From: Octopus sinensis
Lineage: Eukaryota
DNA: 64,000 bases
Reading direction: 5' to 3'
Assembly: GCF_006345805.1 (NCBI RefSeq)
Contig: NC_043000.1
Coordinates: forward strand, 7,936,001 to 8,000,000
Shown: positions 1 through 12,422 of the stretch, one piece after another
Layout of the letters: each line of letters opens with the position of its first letter
Position numbering within the stretch: position 1 is the first letter of the stretch
Position numbers and translations under genes: made by a program
The notes under the pieces: generated by a model
Seen by the model: only the letters and a program-made list of their open reading frames with translations
Told to the model about the DNA's origin: nothing
Databases searched by the model: none

Positions 1-474
1 GTGGAGTGTGGAGTCACCCTTAATTATTATTACTCCCAGGTTCATCTATCCTTGTGATAATATATTGGGTCAGCTTCCCTTTAGCAGTAGAATTGATGTC
101 TGGAAGGCAAGGAATTGCTCTGTAGATTAGTCTGTTAGTATTACTTCACAGCACACTTGCATATATGGCTGTGCCCACACACATGTTTATATGTATATTT
201 TATACACATGCAGTTTAAGTTGGTGCTCCAGCATGGCCTCAGTCAAATAGCTGAAGCAAGTAAGAAAAACTAAAAGAATGCAAATGTTGACGTAATATCT
301 ATTATACAACTAACAAGATTATGAAACCGCAGTAAGCATCTATTCTCTCATACTGTCAACAACATTCTTGTCTAAGAATAATAAATTTCTATTCTACAAA
401 AGTATAGAGTAATCCATCAGATTAGTGTAAAATTGTTTTTATTATAACAGAACATAAAAGCAAACATTAATATA

Positions 475-999
475 TACCGTAAATCCTCAAGTATAGTCCG
501 CCCTTGGGTATAATACGCAGGGGATTTTTAGGGGGCTGTACCTCTGAAAAACTTAAACCTTGTGTATAATACGCACCCCTTTTCTAACTTGAGTCTTGCA
601 TAATTAAGCTAGCAGCACCTAGTCGAACAAACACTTCCGCACATGCATAATACAATAATGCTGATGTTCTTAACTGTTATATGGGAATGTAAATATGTTT
701 GCAAATTGTGTTTGTTACATGTTATTCTGTGTTCTGAATACTTTTAATTTAATAAATGTTGCTTATTGCAAGTTATGGATGACTCTTTTATGACTTCATT
801 GCTTTCAGGCTTAGCTTAAGGTATTTTCACGCCTGATATCACAAAATTTGTCTGAATAAACATTGCCAGACAGCAAATAGAGACTTGGATATTGCTTAGA
901 AAATATTTTTCATTTTTAACCTCGTATATAGTACGCACTAGGGATTTTGACCGTTAAATTTTGGGAAAAAATGCGGATTATACTCAAGGATTTACGGTA
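475..999. mobile_element. MITE with TA ends (Tc1/mariner-pogo superfamily, non-autonomous)
   Basis: Left end taccgtaaatcctcaagtatagtccgc (475-501) matches the reverse complement of the right end gcggattatactcaaggatttacggta (973-999). Subterminal gtataatacgca repeats; no ORF. Confidence 0.8.
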
Positions 1000-1011
1000 C
1001 ACATATGCATG

Positions 1012-1640
1012 TATCAAGCTGAGTAAAAATCTGGAGTTCTGGAGCTGATGAACTCTTTGAATGCATTTTCAGCATCGGTTTGGTTTTTGAACTCCTCTCA
1101 CAGGAAACCATTAAGGTGCTTGATAAAGTGGTAGTCAGTAGGTGAAAGGTCTGGGGAATAAGCTGGTTGGGGAAGAACTTTGTAGCCACGTTCCCTCAAC
1201 TTCTGGAGCATCATTAGTAAAATGTGTGGTCGAGTATTGTCATGAAGAATGACTGGCCGTCTTCTGTTGACCAATCTGGGATGGAGGAGTAACAGTCTTT
1301 TGTTCATTTTGGCAATTTCATGGCAATATGTTTCTGTCGTAATGGTTTTTCTGGGTTTTAAGAAGATATAGTAGATAAATCCAGCAGTACACCACCAAAC
1401 AGTCACCATAATCTTCTTTTTGAAGAGCTAGGGTTTAGGGAAGGTTTTTGGTGCTTCATTTTGGTCTAACCATTGTGAAGAACATTTTTAATTATTGTAC
1501 AGAATCCTCTTTTCACCACAAGTTAAAATACAGTCAAGAAATGGATCGGTCTGGTTATGGAGAAGAAGCAACAAGCAGAAGGTTGTGAATCTTTTCATAT
1601 TGCAGAACAATAAGCTGCAAAAAGGTTTTCTTTTTATCAG
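1012..1640 (-). pseudogene. Decayed mariner (DD34D) transposase fragment
   Basis: Minus-strand peptides LLLHNQTDPFLDCILTCGEKRILY, KKIMVTVWW, ILHDNTRPH, HYSPDL-like AYSPDLSPTDYHFIKHL and DAENAFKEFI match mariner catalytic motifs. In-frame stops are present. Confidence 0.9.
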
Positions 1641-1826
1641 CCAATCTTGGCTGCCTACCATGGAATATAAAAAGAAAACCTTTTTGCAGCTTATTGTTCT
1701 GCAATATGAAAAGATTCACAACCTTCTGTCACAATAAACCACTATTGTCCCCGAAAGCTGATTTTTATTTTTCTATAGATTGCTTGAAGCTAACTTTCTT
1801 CCTACACCTCAATGCCTGGATCTAAT

Positions 1827-2230
1827 GAGTGGCTGTGTGTAAGTAGCTTGCTTATCAACTACATGGTTCAGAGTTCAGTCCCACTGTGTGGCACCTTGGG
1901 CAAGTGTCTTCTACTATAGCCTCGAGCCAACCAAAACCTTGTGAGTGGATTGGTAGATGGAAACTGAAAGAAGCCTGTCGTGTATATATGTGTGTATGTG
2001 TGTGTGTGTGTGTATGTGTGTGTGTGTGTGTCTGTGTTTGTTCCCCCCACACAACATCGCTTGACAACCGATGCTGGTGTGTTTATGTCCCCGTAACTTA
2101 GCAGTTCGGCAAAAGAGACCGATAGAACAAGTACTAGGCTTACAAAGAATAAGTCATGGGGTTTATTTGCTCGACTAAAGGTGGTGCTCCAGCATGGCTG
2201 CAGTCAAATGACTGAAACAAGTAAAAGAAT
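1827..2230 (+). mobile_element. tRNA-derived SINE, family A (internal (TA)n(TG)n tract)
   Basis: Head ggctgtgtggtaagtagcttgctt...ggttcagtcccactg (A/B-box-like), body gggcaagtgtcttctactatagcc, tail ccagcatggctgcagtcaaatgactgaaacaagtaaaaga. At least 10 long copies in the window. Confidence 0.85.
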
Positions 2231-2353
2231 ATATAAATATATATGTAATTAAAATTAAAATGAGGGTGAAAAATTGGATATTAATTTAATAACATAAATT
2301 TAACACCAGTGGTTTAGCATATTAAAAAATTGAGGTTCAGTAAATAGTATTAC

Positions 2354-2584
2354 ATACATATAAGAGGGAATTACCACTATGTGGAAACCCTTATGCTAGA
2401 AGAAGATCCACTATGGTCTTACCACTAAGAATTGTTCTCTAGAAAATTTAGCAAACACTAGAAGCATAAGCGAGTGAGACAAATGAAAAAACAAAAATAT
2501 AGATTAATCATAAACAATTCTTAGTGGTGAGACAACAGCGGAACTTCTTCTAGCATACGGGGTTTCACATAGTGGTAATTCCCT

Positions 2585-2595
<11 letters not shown>
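2354..2595. mobile_element. Fold-back MITE with about 83-bp inverted arms
   Basis: 2354-2436 is an imperfect reverse complement of 2513-2595 (gagggaattaccactatgtg ... cacatagtggtaattccctc), with TA-rich flanks. Confidence 0.75.
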
Positions 2596-2626
<31 letters not shown>

Positions 2627-2629
<3 letters not shown>

Positions 2630-2815
2630 GCGGTGAGCTGGCAGAATTGTAAGCCTGCCTAGCAAAATGCTTAGGGGCATTTTGTCTGTCTTTATGTTCT
2701 GATTTCAAATTCTTTCAGAGGTCGATAAAATAAGTACCAGTTGAGTACTGGGGTTGATGTAATCGACTTAGCTGTCCCTTGAAGTTGCTGGCCTTGTGCA
2801 AAAATTTGAAACCAA
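2627..2815 (+). mobile_element. tRNA-derived SINE, family B (Meta/V-SINE-like core)
   Basis: Head ggcggtgagctggcagaat...ttcaaatt followed by gtcgataaaataagtaccagtt. Same family as 27830-28064. Confidence 0.7.
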
Positions 2816-2824
2816 TATATATAT

Positions 2825-2856
<32 letters not shown>

Positions 2857-3088
2857 CAGTATGTATGTATGTTATGTATGCAGGCAAATACATTACAGTA
2901 GTCCCTCACCTATGAATTTGTTTTCTAGAATGTTTCAATAAATGTAAACAAATGCTGTGTTGAAGATGTCTATCAAGAATTTATTTCTCTGAATTAAAAC
3001 AGAACAAATGCTCTTCCAGTCTTCACAGAAACTGTGTAATGTCATTGAATTATTTATTGTAATATTCCTAAACTATGACCTGGCTCAC

Positions 3089-3171
3089 TAACACTTTTAT
3101 AGATGTTTTAGATCTGTTGACATTCACTGGCTCATGTTGTCTTCTCAATTGATAGTTGTGATCATGTATTC
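3089..3171 (-). CDS. Candidate exon of unidentified host gene (IHDHNYQLRRQHEPVNVNRSKTSIKVL)
   Basis: Acceptor tctttgtgtaaaggcag, donor tta|gtgagc, open frame, phase 1 to 0. No homology recognised. Confidence 0.2.
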
Positions 3172-4074
3172 CTGCCTTTACACAAAGACACATACACACA
3201 TATACACTCACAATCCTATTTCATTTTAATGCTCATGAGAAAGCTGTTTTAGATCATGAATTTCATTTGAAATCAGCAAGAAAACTATAAGCAGTAAACT
3301 ATGTTAAATGCTTTTGGTTGCAAAATGTCGAATATTATAATTTTGTGTTTAAAGAGTCTTACAAGAAAAATATCAAATGATAAATATTGAAGACATTAAA
3401 TGTTAATAGTGAATATCAAAGAACATGTAGATGTTATACGAAAGTTTAAATCTGTGTTTTCCTATACATTTATTTACCAGCAAATATACAATTCTGTGAA
3501 TCCAATGTTTGATGAAATTATTTAGTTTTTGCTATGAAATAATTTTGTACAACACATTTTCTCTCTTAACTAAAGCCCCAAATAAAACCTCAAGTTAAAA
3601 AAAAATAAAACCCCCAATTTAAAGAAATAGTGAAAATATATTGGATAACATAAGGATTTTTGAAATCCTGGCTTCTGTCATATAACTGTAAATAGATAAT
3701 GGAATGGTGTTAAACTAAAAACAAAGATATATGTGACAATAAACAAGTGATAAAAATTATAGAAAACATCATACAGCAAATTGGTGAGGGTGATGGTGTT
3801 GGTGGTGGCAATTCGTCTTCTCATTAAACCAAAGAAACCATGTTACCATGTTTCCATTGTTATTATTTTTTCAAATTGTTGATACTATCTATTGATTGCA
3901 ACTATTAAGGAAATGTTGCTATTTTTCAGTGATGGAGCAAGATTTGAACTCACAGTGCCATGTCGAAACAAATACTGTGAAGTCTTTTATGCAGTATTCT
4001 AATGACTCAGCTGATTCTCACTACCAAATAGTTCTGACATGAGTTTACAGGTTCATCAGGCCAACGCTTAACCT

Positions 4075-4312
4075 AGCTGGTATGGTGTATAAACAACTAA
4101 AAGGGTACAATACCACCTCACTTTACCCTTAATGGGATGTCAGTCTGTCACAGAATTAACCTCCAGGTGTTGTTGGAACTCATTTTCAGCTGAGTTGACT
4201 GGAGCAATGTGAAATGAAGTGCAAGAACACAATACATCACCTGGTCCAGGAATTGAACCCATGGTCTAATAATTATGAGCTCAATACCTTAACCATTAGA
4301 CCATGCACCTCA
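4075..4312 (-). mobile_element. tRNA-derived SINE, family C (CORE-like), partial
   Basis: actcattttcagctgagttgactggagcaatgtgaaatgaagt...ccaggaattgaaccc matches 20905-21240 and 28910-29418. Confidence 0.65.
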
Positions 4313-4326
4313 TTATGGTAAATTGT

Positions 4327-4557
4327 TTAATCCTTTCACCACCATATTTCTATTGAAATGTATTGGCCTTGTATTCGATTAATTTTGAAAATAACCAAAA
4401 ATTTAGTAAAATAATGCTGTCATTATAAAGCTGGGGTTTGGAGCATGAATGAACATGAAGTTTTGATGGCAGTTTTTATTCAGATCACTTTAAACAGGAA
4501 GTTTATATCATAGAATCCAAGGGTAGTCTTTGGGTGGGTTGGTATCAAAAGAGTTAA
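4327..4557. mobile_element. piggyBac-like MITE (TTAA ends)
   Basis: Starts ttaatcctttcaccacc and ends ggttggtatcaaaagagttaa. Related copies at about 41104-41305 and 53390-53545. Confidence 0.55.
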
Positions 4558-4910
4558 TACATTTTGTGTATGAAAAAAATGAAAAAGTTAGTATGACTAG
4601 GAAAGAGCATTGCATTTAAAGTTCAACAAGAAGAGAGACCTCATCCAAGATCTAAAGAATTTTAATTTCAGTTCACTTTAGATTCTTCATCAATAATGAT
4701 ATCACTGGCATTAAATTCTCTTTCTTGTATTTTTAAACCCTTATTTACATTGCAGAAGAAAAGCAACAAATGTTATGATTAAAAAATAAAACCTTATTGG
4801 TACTGACATAACTGTGTGGTTAAGATGCTTGCTTTGCAATCTGTGGTTTAGGGTTCAATCCTAATCTGTGGCACCTTGGGCAAATGTCTTATATATATAT
4901 ATATATATTA

Positions 4911-5316
4911 GGCACAGCAGTGGCTGTGTGGTAAGTAGCTTGCTTACCAACCATATGGTTCCGGGTTCAGTCCCACTGTGTGGCATCTTGGGCAAGTGTC
5001 TTCTACTATAGCCTCAGGCCAACCAAAGCCTTCTGAGTGGATTTGGTAGACGGAAACTGAAAGAAGCCCGTCGTATATATGTATGTATATATATATGTGT
5101 GTGTGTATGTTTGTGTGTCTGTGTTTGTCCCCCAACATCGCTTGACAACCGATGCTGGTGAGTTTACGTCCCAGTCACTTAGCGGTTCGGCAAAAGAGAC
5201 CGATAGAATAAGTACTGGGCTTACAAAGAATAAGTCCTGGAGTCGATTTGCTCGACTAAAGGCGGTGCTCCAGCATGGCCGCAGTCAAATGACTGAAACA
5301 AGTAAAAGAGTAAAAG
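4911..5316 (+). mobile_element. SINE family A, well-preserved copy
   Basis: Full head, body, microsatellite and tail as at 1827-2230. Confidence 0.88.
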
Positions 5317-5339
5317 AATACATATGTATATATATATAT

Positions 5340-5575
5340 CATCATCATCATCATCATCATCATTTAACATCTATTTTCCATGCTGGCATGGGTCAGATGG
5401 TTTGACTGAGAACTGGAAAGCTGGGGAGCTGCATCAGGTTCCAATCTGATTTGGCATGGTTTCTATGGCTGGAAGTCCTTCCTAATGCCAACCACTCCAA
5501 GTGGGTAGTGGATACGATTTACGTGCCAGTTATGTAACACCAGCATCGGCCATGACTACGATCCCACTTGGCTTG
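5340..5575 (-). mobile_element. RTE-LINE 3'-UTR module, family D
   Basis: (cat)n followed by tttaacatc...ttccatgctggcatggg...cttcctaatgccaaccactcc. Same terminus as the RTE copies at 47.3 and 49.8 kb. Confidence 0.7.
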
Positions 5576-6027
5576 TTTCCTCTGCAGTAGCTCTAACTCT
5601 TGAAAATTCCATCCCTATCTCACTCACTCTCTCCTTTCATTTGTTTTGTAACCCATTGCATTTCCTCTTGCCCATATTATGTCTGTATCCTTGCTTTTTG
5701 CATGTTATATGTTTATTAGTGGCTTTTGCTGTTTCACCTTTATCTAGAGAAGAGGGCAACCATGGTGTCTGGTTGTTTGTGGTTCAGCCATCTTGGGTTG
5801 ACCATAAGGGTATCACTTCCACTCACTATATATATTTACATACATATACATACATATGCATATACATATAGACAAGCAAGATGGGCTTTCACTAAATTTC
5901 CATGCATGTGTACATGCATGCATACACACACAAACACACACATACATACACACACTTTCGTATGTACATACATACATATGTACATACATATGTACATACA
6001 TACGTACGTACGTACATAGGTAGGTAG

Positions 6028-6730
6028 GTAATCTTTATATCCAACTTAATGTTACAACACCAAATATTGCATTATTAGCCTTGAATTGCTCATATAAGAA
6101 CTTGGTGCATAAAAGCACACACAAATCATAGCAGACAAGAATTGTCAGTCATGGGTGCTGGAATTCCCATGTCACATGATTTCAATCTACTGAACATCTG
6201 CAATGGGAGGAGTCTAGTTACCACATGCCAGTTTGGTTATATAGAATATCAGTTTCTTTTTAGACACTGATGTCACAAATAGCCAGCAGGCTCATTAAAA
6301 ATTAATTAGTGGTGGTGGCAGTAGTCTTAGTATCAAAAAGTAATCTTTATATCTAACTTAACGTGGATATCTTTTTAGAACACCAAATACTGCATCATTA
6401 GCTTTGAGAGACATTCTCGTAGAGGCACTTGGTGCATAAAAAGAAATTGTAGTAGACAAGAATTATTAGTCATGGGTGCTGAAACTCTTATATCATATAT
6501 TTCAATCTACTGGACTGAACATTATCAATGAAAAGTGTTGAGTCATTGCATACCAGTCAAATGTCACTGTTACAATATATAGGATATCAGCATCTTCTCA
6601 GACGTTGATGTCGCAAATAACCTATAGGTTTATTAAAAATAATTATTAGCAGTGGAAGCGGTATTAGTACCAAAAGATAATTTTTATATCCAACTCAATG
6701 TGGCTGCATTGTTAGAACACAACATCATTG
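6028..6730. repeat. Diverged tandem duplication, about 2.2 units of 310-340 bp
   Basis: Units start at 6028, 6340 and 6677 (gtaatctttatatccaacttaa variants). Shared internal blocks such as cttggtgcataaaa and gacaagaatt...agtcatgggtgctg. Confidence 0.8.
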
Positions 6731-7457
6731 GATATGGGCAAGATTTTCTTGGGGAAGATTGGTACTTGTCTGTGTATGCAAGTCTTCCAATTCCACAACA
6801 AACATCTTTAATTAACGAACCAATTGTCAACATGGGATGTTACAGTTTGGCACCAGTGCTGTTGCAGGCAGATCCTAAAAGCCTAAAACAGATTCTGCAA
6901 GGCATCTTGCCTGATTCTCTAACAGTTTTGCCAATGCACTGCACTGGATAGCTATTTTTTTATTGACCTCAAAAGAATAAAAGGCAAAGCTGACCTCGGC
7001 AGGATTTGAACTCAGAGTACAAAGAGTTGGAACAAAATCAGTGCAGCATTCTATCCAATATTCTAACATCACAAGATCTGGAGTCAGGTACATGGGGCAC
7101 CAACCTAAATAATATAAGACACTAATGAGCTAACAGGGATATCTCTGTGAGTTTTGACTTGTCAGAAATAGAAACCAACTATCCCTTGAATCAGTGCTTT
7201 CTTCAGATATGATAACTTGCAATGGGATCAAGTCTGGATCATTGTGATTACAAAGCAAATGTCTTAACCATTTGCTGTAAATTTGTAAATGGGTGGAGAC
7301 TAGTAAAGGTTGGAAGAGTAAGGCCATAACAAACATGTGTGAATATGGTAATTGACAAACACAGTAGAATGTAACATAGATAAATAGATAAACAGATAGT
7401 GTGTGTGTGTGAGAGAGAGAGAGAGAAGGTGTGTGTGTGTGAATATACATACATGTG

Positions 7458-7489
<32 letters not shown>

Positions 7490-7759
7490 TATGTGTGTGT
7501 GTATATATACATATATATACACACACACATATATATGTATATTAAATATATATATTATATATATAATACAAAGTAAGATAGGGGTTATGGGTGTAACCCA
7601 TTATGGGACAGTATTTATCCAATATACTGTTGGTAAAGTACCCAGGCTATTGAGGTTCTCATTTTGTTAAATGAATAAATAATCCAACATTCTAATATCT
7701 GAAAGTTGATGAACAAACTCTAAATTTGTTTCTCCATTTTCTTATTTGTATTGTATTAT

Positions 7760-7820
<61 letters not shown>

Positions 7821-8157
7821 GTGTGTGTATACACACAGATACACACACACACACACATGTATGTATGTATGTACGAAGTTGTTTCTTGTATAGTTAGATA
7901 GATTGAAAGAAGAAGAGAGAAGGAGAGATTGTCCAATAAGCTCTAAATATAACAAGGGTAAAGATTAAGTTGTGCCCTCATTATCAAACACGTTTTCACA
8001 TCCGTTACGTGTTTCTTTCCTTTCCTCCCGCAATAATAATAATATGTAATAAATAGGTCTGTGAAATCAACTCCCTCCCATTTCGTTGTTCCACATTTAA
8101 CCAAATCAATTTACACTACATTAACACTGCACCAAGAGGAAATCATTTGCATTTTAC

Positions 8158-8216
8158 TTCCGGAGAATTCTATCTGCTGCAGTTTGTATAATATAACTCT
8201 ACTGCAGTAGTTTGTC
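8158..8216 (-). CDS. Candidate exon (TNYCSRVILYKLQQIEFSG)
   Basis: Strong acceptor cctttttttcctttcatccacgcttag, donor gaa|gtaaaa. Only one frame is open (phase 2 to 1). Confidence 0.3.
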
Positions 8217-8269
8217 CTAAGCGTGGATGAAAGGAAAAAAAGGTCAGGTGGTGGGTCGGTGTAGGCTGG

Positions 8270-8484
8270 ACATATATCACCATACATGCATACATACATA
8301 CATACATACATTCATACATACATATATATATGTGTGTGTCTGTGTGTGTGAGTGTGTGTGCACATACACACACGTGTGTATATAAATATATATTTGTATT
8401 TATATATTCACTCCCACATACATTTTATTTATAGCCAACAGAAAGTTACATGTGTGACACAAGGGACATATATCACCATCTAGT

Positions 8485-8564
<80 letters not shown>

Positions 8565-8681
8565 GTGTGTGTGTGTATATAAATATATATTTGTATTTAT
8601 ATATTCACTCCCACGTACATTTTATTTATAACCAGCAGAAAGTTACATGTGTGACACAAGGGACATATATCACCATCTAGT

Positions 8682-8762
<81 letters not shown>

Positions 8763-8870
8763 AATATATATTTGTATTTATATATTCACTCCCACATACA
8801 TTTTATTTATAGCCAACAGAAAGTTACATGTGTGACACAAGGGACATATATCACCATCTAGTATACATAC

Positions 8871-8935
<65 letters not shown>

Positions 8936-9035
8936 AATATATATTTGTATATATATATTCACTCCCACGTACATTTTATTTATAACCAGCAGAAAGTTAC
9001 ATGTGTGACACAAGGGACATATATCACCATCTAGT

Positions 9036-9105
<70 letters not shown>

Positions 9106-9193
9106 ATATAAATATATATTTGTATTTATATATTCACTCCCACGTACATTTTATTTATAACCAGCAGAAAGGTACATGTGTGACACAAGGGAC
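8270..9193. repeat. Tandem array of five units of about 175-200 bp, each with an embedded (TA)n(TG)n tract
   Basis: Conserved block tattcactcccac(a/g)tacattttatttata...gaaagttacatgtgtgacacaagggac repeated 5 times. Confidence 0.95.
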
Positions 9194-9388
9194 GGAAGTT
9201 TTCATTCTTGGTACAAAACTCTTAACCCTTGAATCATTTTCTAGTTTTCTGGAATCAGAAATAAAAGGATATATACACACATATGTACATATGAACGTAA
9301 GATTATTTTGTATACTTTGATAGGTTTCGGCCATTATTGGCCCAGGCCATGTCTAACTTAATAGCACCACCTGGTGAAGTCTTTCAAG

Positions 9389-10222
9389 TCAGAATTTGGG
9401 CACTATGGCCCACTCAAGTAGAGAGTTATTGTTTACAGAGACATATCCGGGTGTAGGGGGTTTATCCGGGATTTCTTGAAGGAATCTGTCCAAAGACTTC
9501 TTGAACCCTATAGGGTCAGTTTCTGTTTTAATGTGTTTTGGTGTAATGTTAAAGAGAGCGGGGCCAATTGAGGTGAAATAATTGTGCCGTATTGTTGTTA
9601 TGAGATGAGAGTGCGATTTTTGTTTTGGGCGGATGGCACGGGGCCCAAGCCTTGGATGTACCTTAAAGGTGATGCCAACATCATTTGGGCAATGCTGATG
9701 GAATATTTTCCACATCATGCAGATGATGTAGCGCTCACGACGATGTTGGAGAGAATAAAGTTTTAGCTTTTCTAGTCGACCCCAATAGTCAAGGCCTGTC
9801 ATGCCATCTATCTTTTTTGTGATTGCTCTTTGAGGTGCTTCAACTTTTATGATACTTTGTATTGTGTGGAGAGACCACAGTGGACAACAGTATTCAAGGT
9901 GGGGTCGGGCAAAAGTGGAGAAGAGAAGGATAATGGTGTGGATATCTCTCGACTGGAAAGTTCTGAGAATCCAGGAACACATTCTGCGGGCCATGTCAAC
10001 TTTGGTGTTTATATGAGTGGCCCAGCTTATGTTGTTATCCACAATTACTCCCAAATCTCTGATGTTGTTGGACGCAGCGAGAGTTTCACCTGAAGGAAGG
10101 GAGTATGGGAGTTTCAGGGCATCCTCTTTTCCAAAGTGGATTAACTCAAATTTATCCTCGTTCAGCAGCATATTGTTTTTTCTGCCTATTGGATAACAGC
10201 CAGTAGATCTGACTGAAGGCAT
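9389..10222 (-). pseudogene. LINE ORF2 C-terminal part
   Basis: NNMLLNEDKFELIHFG, IRDLGVIVDNNISW, ARPHLEYCCPLWS, RERYIICMMWK, FKKSLDRFL...NNSLLEW: typical CR1-group ORF2 tail. Confidence 0.9.
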
Positions 10223-11421
10223 GTCCGGTCACTCGCCTCATTTATGACCTTCTGTAGCTTGGAATCATCTGCAAAGATTTTTATGTTGCTGTGCTTGATG
10301 ATGTCATTGATGTCATTAATGTAGATGATGAAAAGAAGTGGGCCCAGCACAGTGCCTTGCGGAACGCCACTACTGACTTTGGCTGGGCTTGATTTTACCC
10401 CTTCAACTACAACATGTTGAGATCTGACTGTCAGGAAACACTTGATCCATTTCAGTAACTTTCCAGAGAAACCAATGTTGGATAGTTTTTTCAATAGGAT
10501 CTTGTGATCGACCCTGTCGAAGGCCTTACTGAAATCAAGGTAGATGACATCGGTGTTGGAGCCCTCTCCCAAAGCTCTCAAAATGTCATCAAAGTGATGC
10601 AGGAGCTGCGTTAGGCAGTCCCTTCCATTACGGAACCCATGTTGGTTAGAGATCAGCCGTCTGTTGCTTTCCAGAAATTGGGTTATTCGAGATCTCACCA
10701 CCCTCTCAAATACCTTGATGATATGAGAGGTGAGTGAGATCGGACGGTAGTTCACTGCAAGGGACTTGTTTCCCTTTTTGAAAACTGGGACAACAGACTG
10801 GGACAGAAGGTTTTTTGGAATATAGCCAGCATCCAGTGAGTTTCTCCACAGATTAGCAAGGGGAGATGCAAGTTGGTGTCGACACATCTTCAGGACACAA
10901 GCAGGGAACCTATCGGGGCCTACTGCTGAATTGTGTTTTATTTCGTTTATCGCCGCTAAGACATCAGGGGCACTAAACGTTATGTCCGATATAGTGTGTT
11001 GGGGGTTGACATCACTGATACAGCCCAGATCGGCCATATCAAGATTGCTGAAAACAGAGCAGTATTGTTTCTGCAGTATCTCGGCCATGGATTTGGCATT
11101 ATCTTGGAGAGTGCCAGTTTCATCAATTAGAGGGCCAACAATGGAGACAGTGACCCTGCATTTCCTCGCAAATGAAAAGAACACTTTGGGGTTGAGTTTG
11201 ATTTTTTCAATGGCCCACTTCTCCTCAGCTGATCTTTGGTTATTGATGAGGGTCTTCATGCATTGTTGGAGGTTATATTTTTTGGATTCAAGCAGTGCGA
11301 TAGCCGTCGAATGTGTGTGTTGCTGTTGGCAGTACTTTAGTTTGTTAATTTTTTTGTTTGTTCTTTTTATTTTTCTGATAATGGTTTTTCTGATTTGGGG
11401 GATTCTGCACTTTTTGTTCAC
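10186..11421 (-). pseudogene. LINE ORF2 reverse transcriptase domain
   Basis: PVFKKG, YRPISLTS, QHGFRNGR, YLDFSKAFDRVDH, GVPQGTVLGPLLFIIYIND, FADDSKL. Confidence 0.95.
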
Positions 11422-11465
11422 AGGTCTTGGTGGGGAGTGTTTTGCACATATGTCTGTGACGGTGT

Positions 11466-12422
11466 CTACAAAGATCTGCCAAGATGTTTTATGGTTGGTG
11501 GAGATGTGTGTATGTGTAAAGGACCAGTCAACATGTGATAGCTCGTCCTGATTGCATCCCAGTTGGCATTATGGAGATCCATGTTGTCAAATGGGTGGGC
11601 TGGAGGAAGGTCACTAGGATTAGCTTTCGGCTGGTGGAATTTCATGTTACAGAGAACCATGTCATGGTCTGAAAGAAGGGTTTTTTCCACTGTAACGTTA
11701 TGTATAGTGTTAGTGTGGTTACTAAACACTAGGTCCAAAATGTTCTGATGTCTTGTTGGTGCAAGGACAAGTTGGGACAAGAAAAACTCATTCGTAAAGT
11801 CGAAAAGTGACTCTGCTGCTTCTTTGTCAGCGGTTGAGGCGGGAGTGCTTGGTTTCAAACAGTTTGTAGTCCAGTCAACACAGGGTAGATTGAAGTCTCC
11901 CATCATGAGTAGGTTGCTAGAATGGCACTGTTGAATAAAGCACTTAATGCTGTTGAGGCATTCTTTAAAGCACAGTATGGGTGTTAGGGGCGGCCTATAG
12001 AGCCCAATTACTGTCAGGTCATTGGCTTTGTTGTGCACGGTGACTGATTCACAGTAGCCGTTGGAGAATATACTATTTCCATCTGCCGTAAACGAACCAT
12101 GCAGGAAAATGGCAGTTCCACCCTTCCTTCTGCCGATACGATCCGCGCGGATGGTTGTGAAATTCTTCACTCTCACTTCGGCTTCCAAGTGGGAGTTGTC
12201 AAGGTGGGTCTCAGTGAGAATGAAGAAAGGGATGTGGTGTGGATGGTTACCAACCCAGTCTTCAATGAATTGGACCTTCCATTTTTGTGCATTGATGGAA
12301 GGGCTGACACCTTGTGCATTGAGTAGAAATGTGGAGGTTAGTGTAGTGGCTGGTTTTGACTGTTGCAGGGGGCTTGGATTTTTTGTGTGTGTTAGTGGCA
12401 GCAAGGTGGGGAATTGGTGCAC
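11466..12422 (-). pseudogene. LINE ORF2 apurinic-like endonuclease domain
   Basis: ILTETHL, GGTAIF, LYRPP, MGDFN, NILDLVF, LSDH motifs. Confidence 0.92.

Noticed and set aside
6652-6951. 99-aa ORF
   Set aside because: Starts at GTG and is a mosaic of the tandem-repeat end and decayed SINE-like pieces.
8145-8163. Octamer (ATTTGCAT) plus ETS (ACTTCCGG) composite site
   Set aside because: Short motifs are expected by chance in 64 kb, there is no promoter context, and the site overlaps a candidate splice donor.
8270-9193. CRISPR-like regular repeat array
   Set aside because: The repeats are about 100 bp and the spacers are microsatellites; the context is eukaryotic and no cas genes are present.
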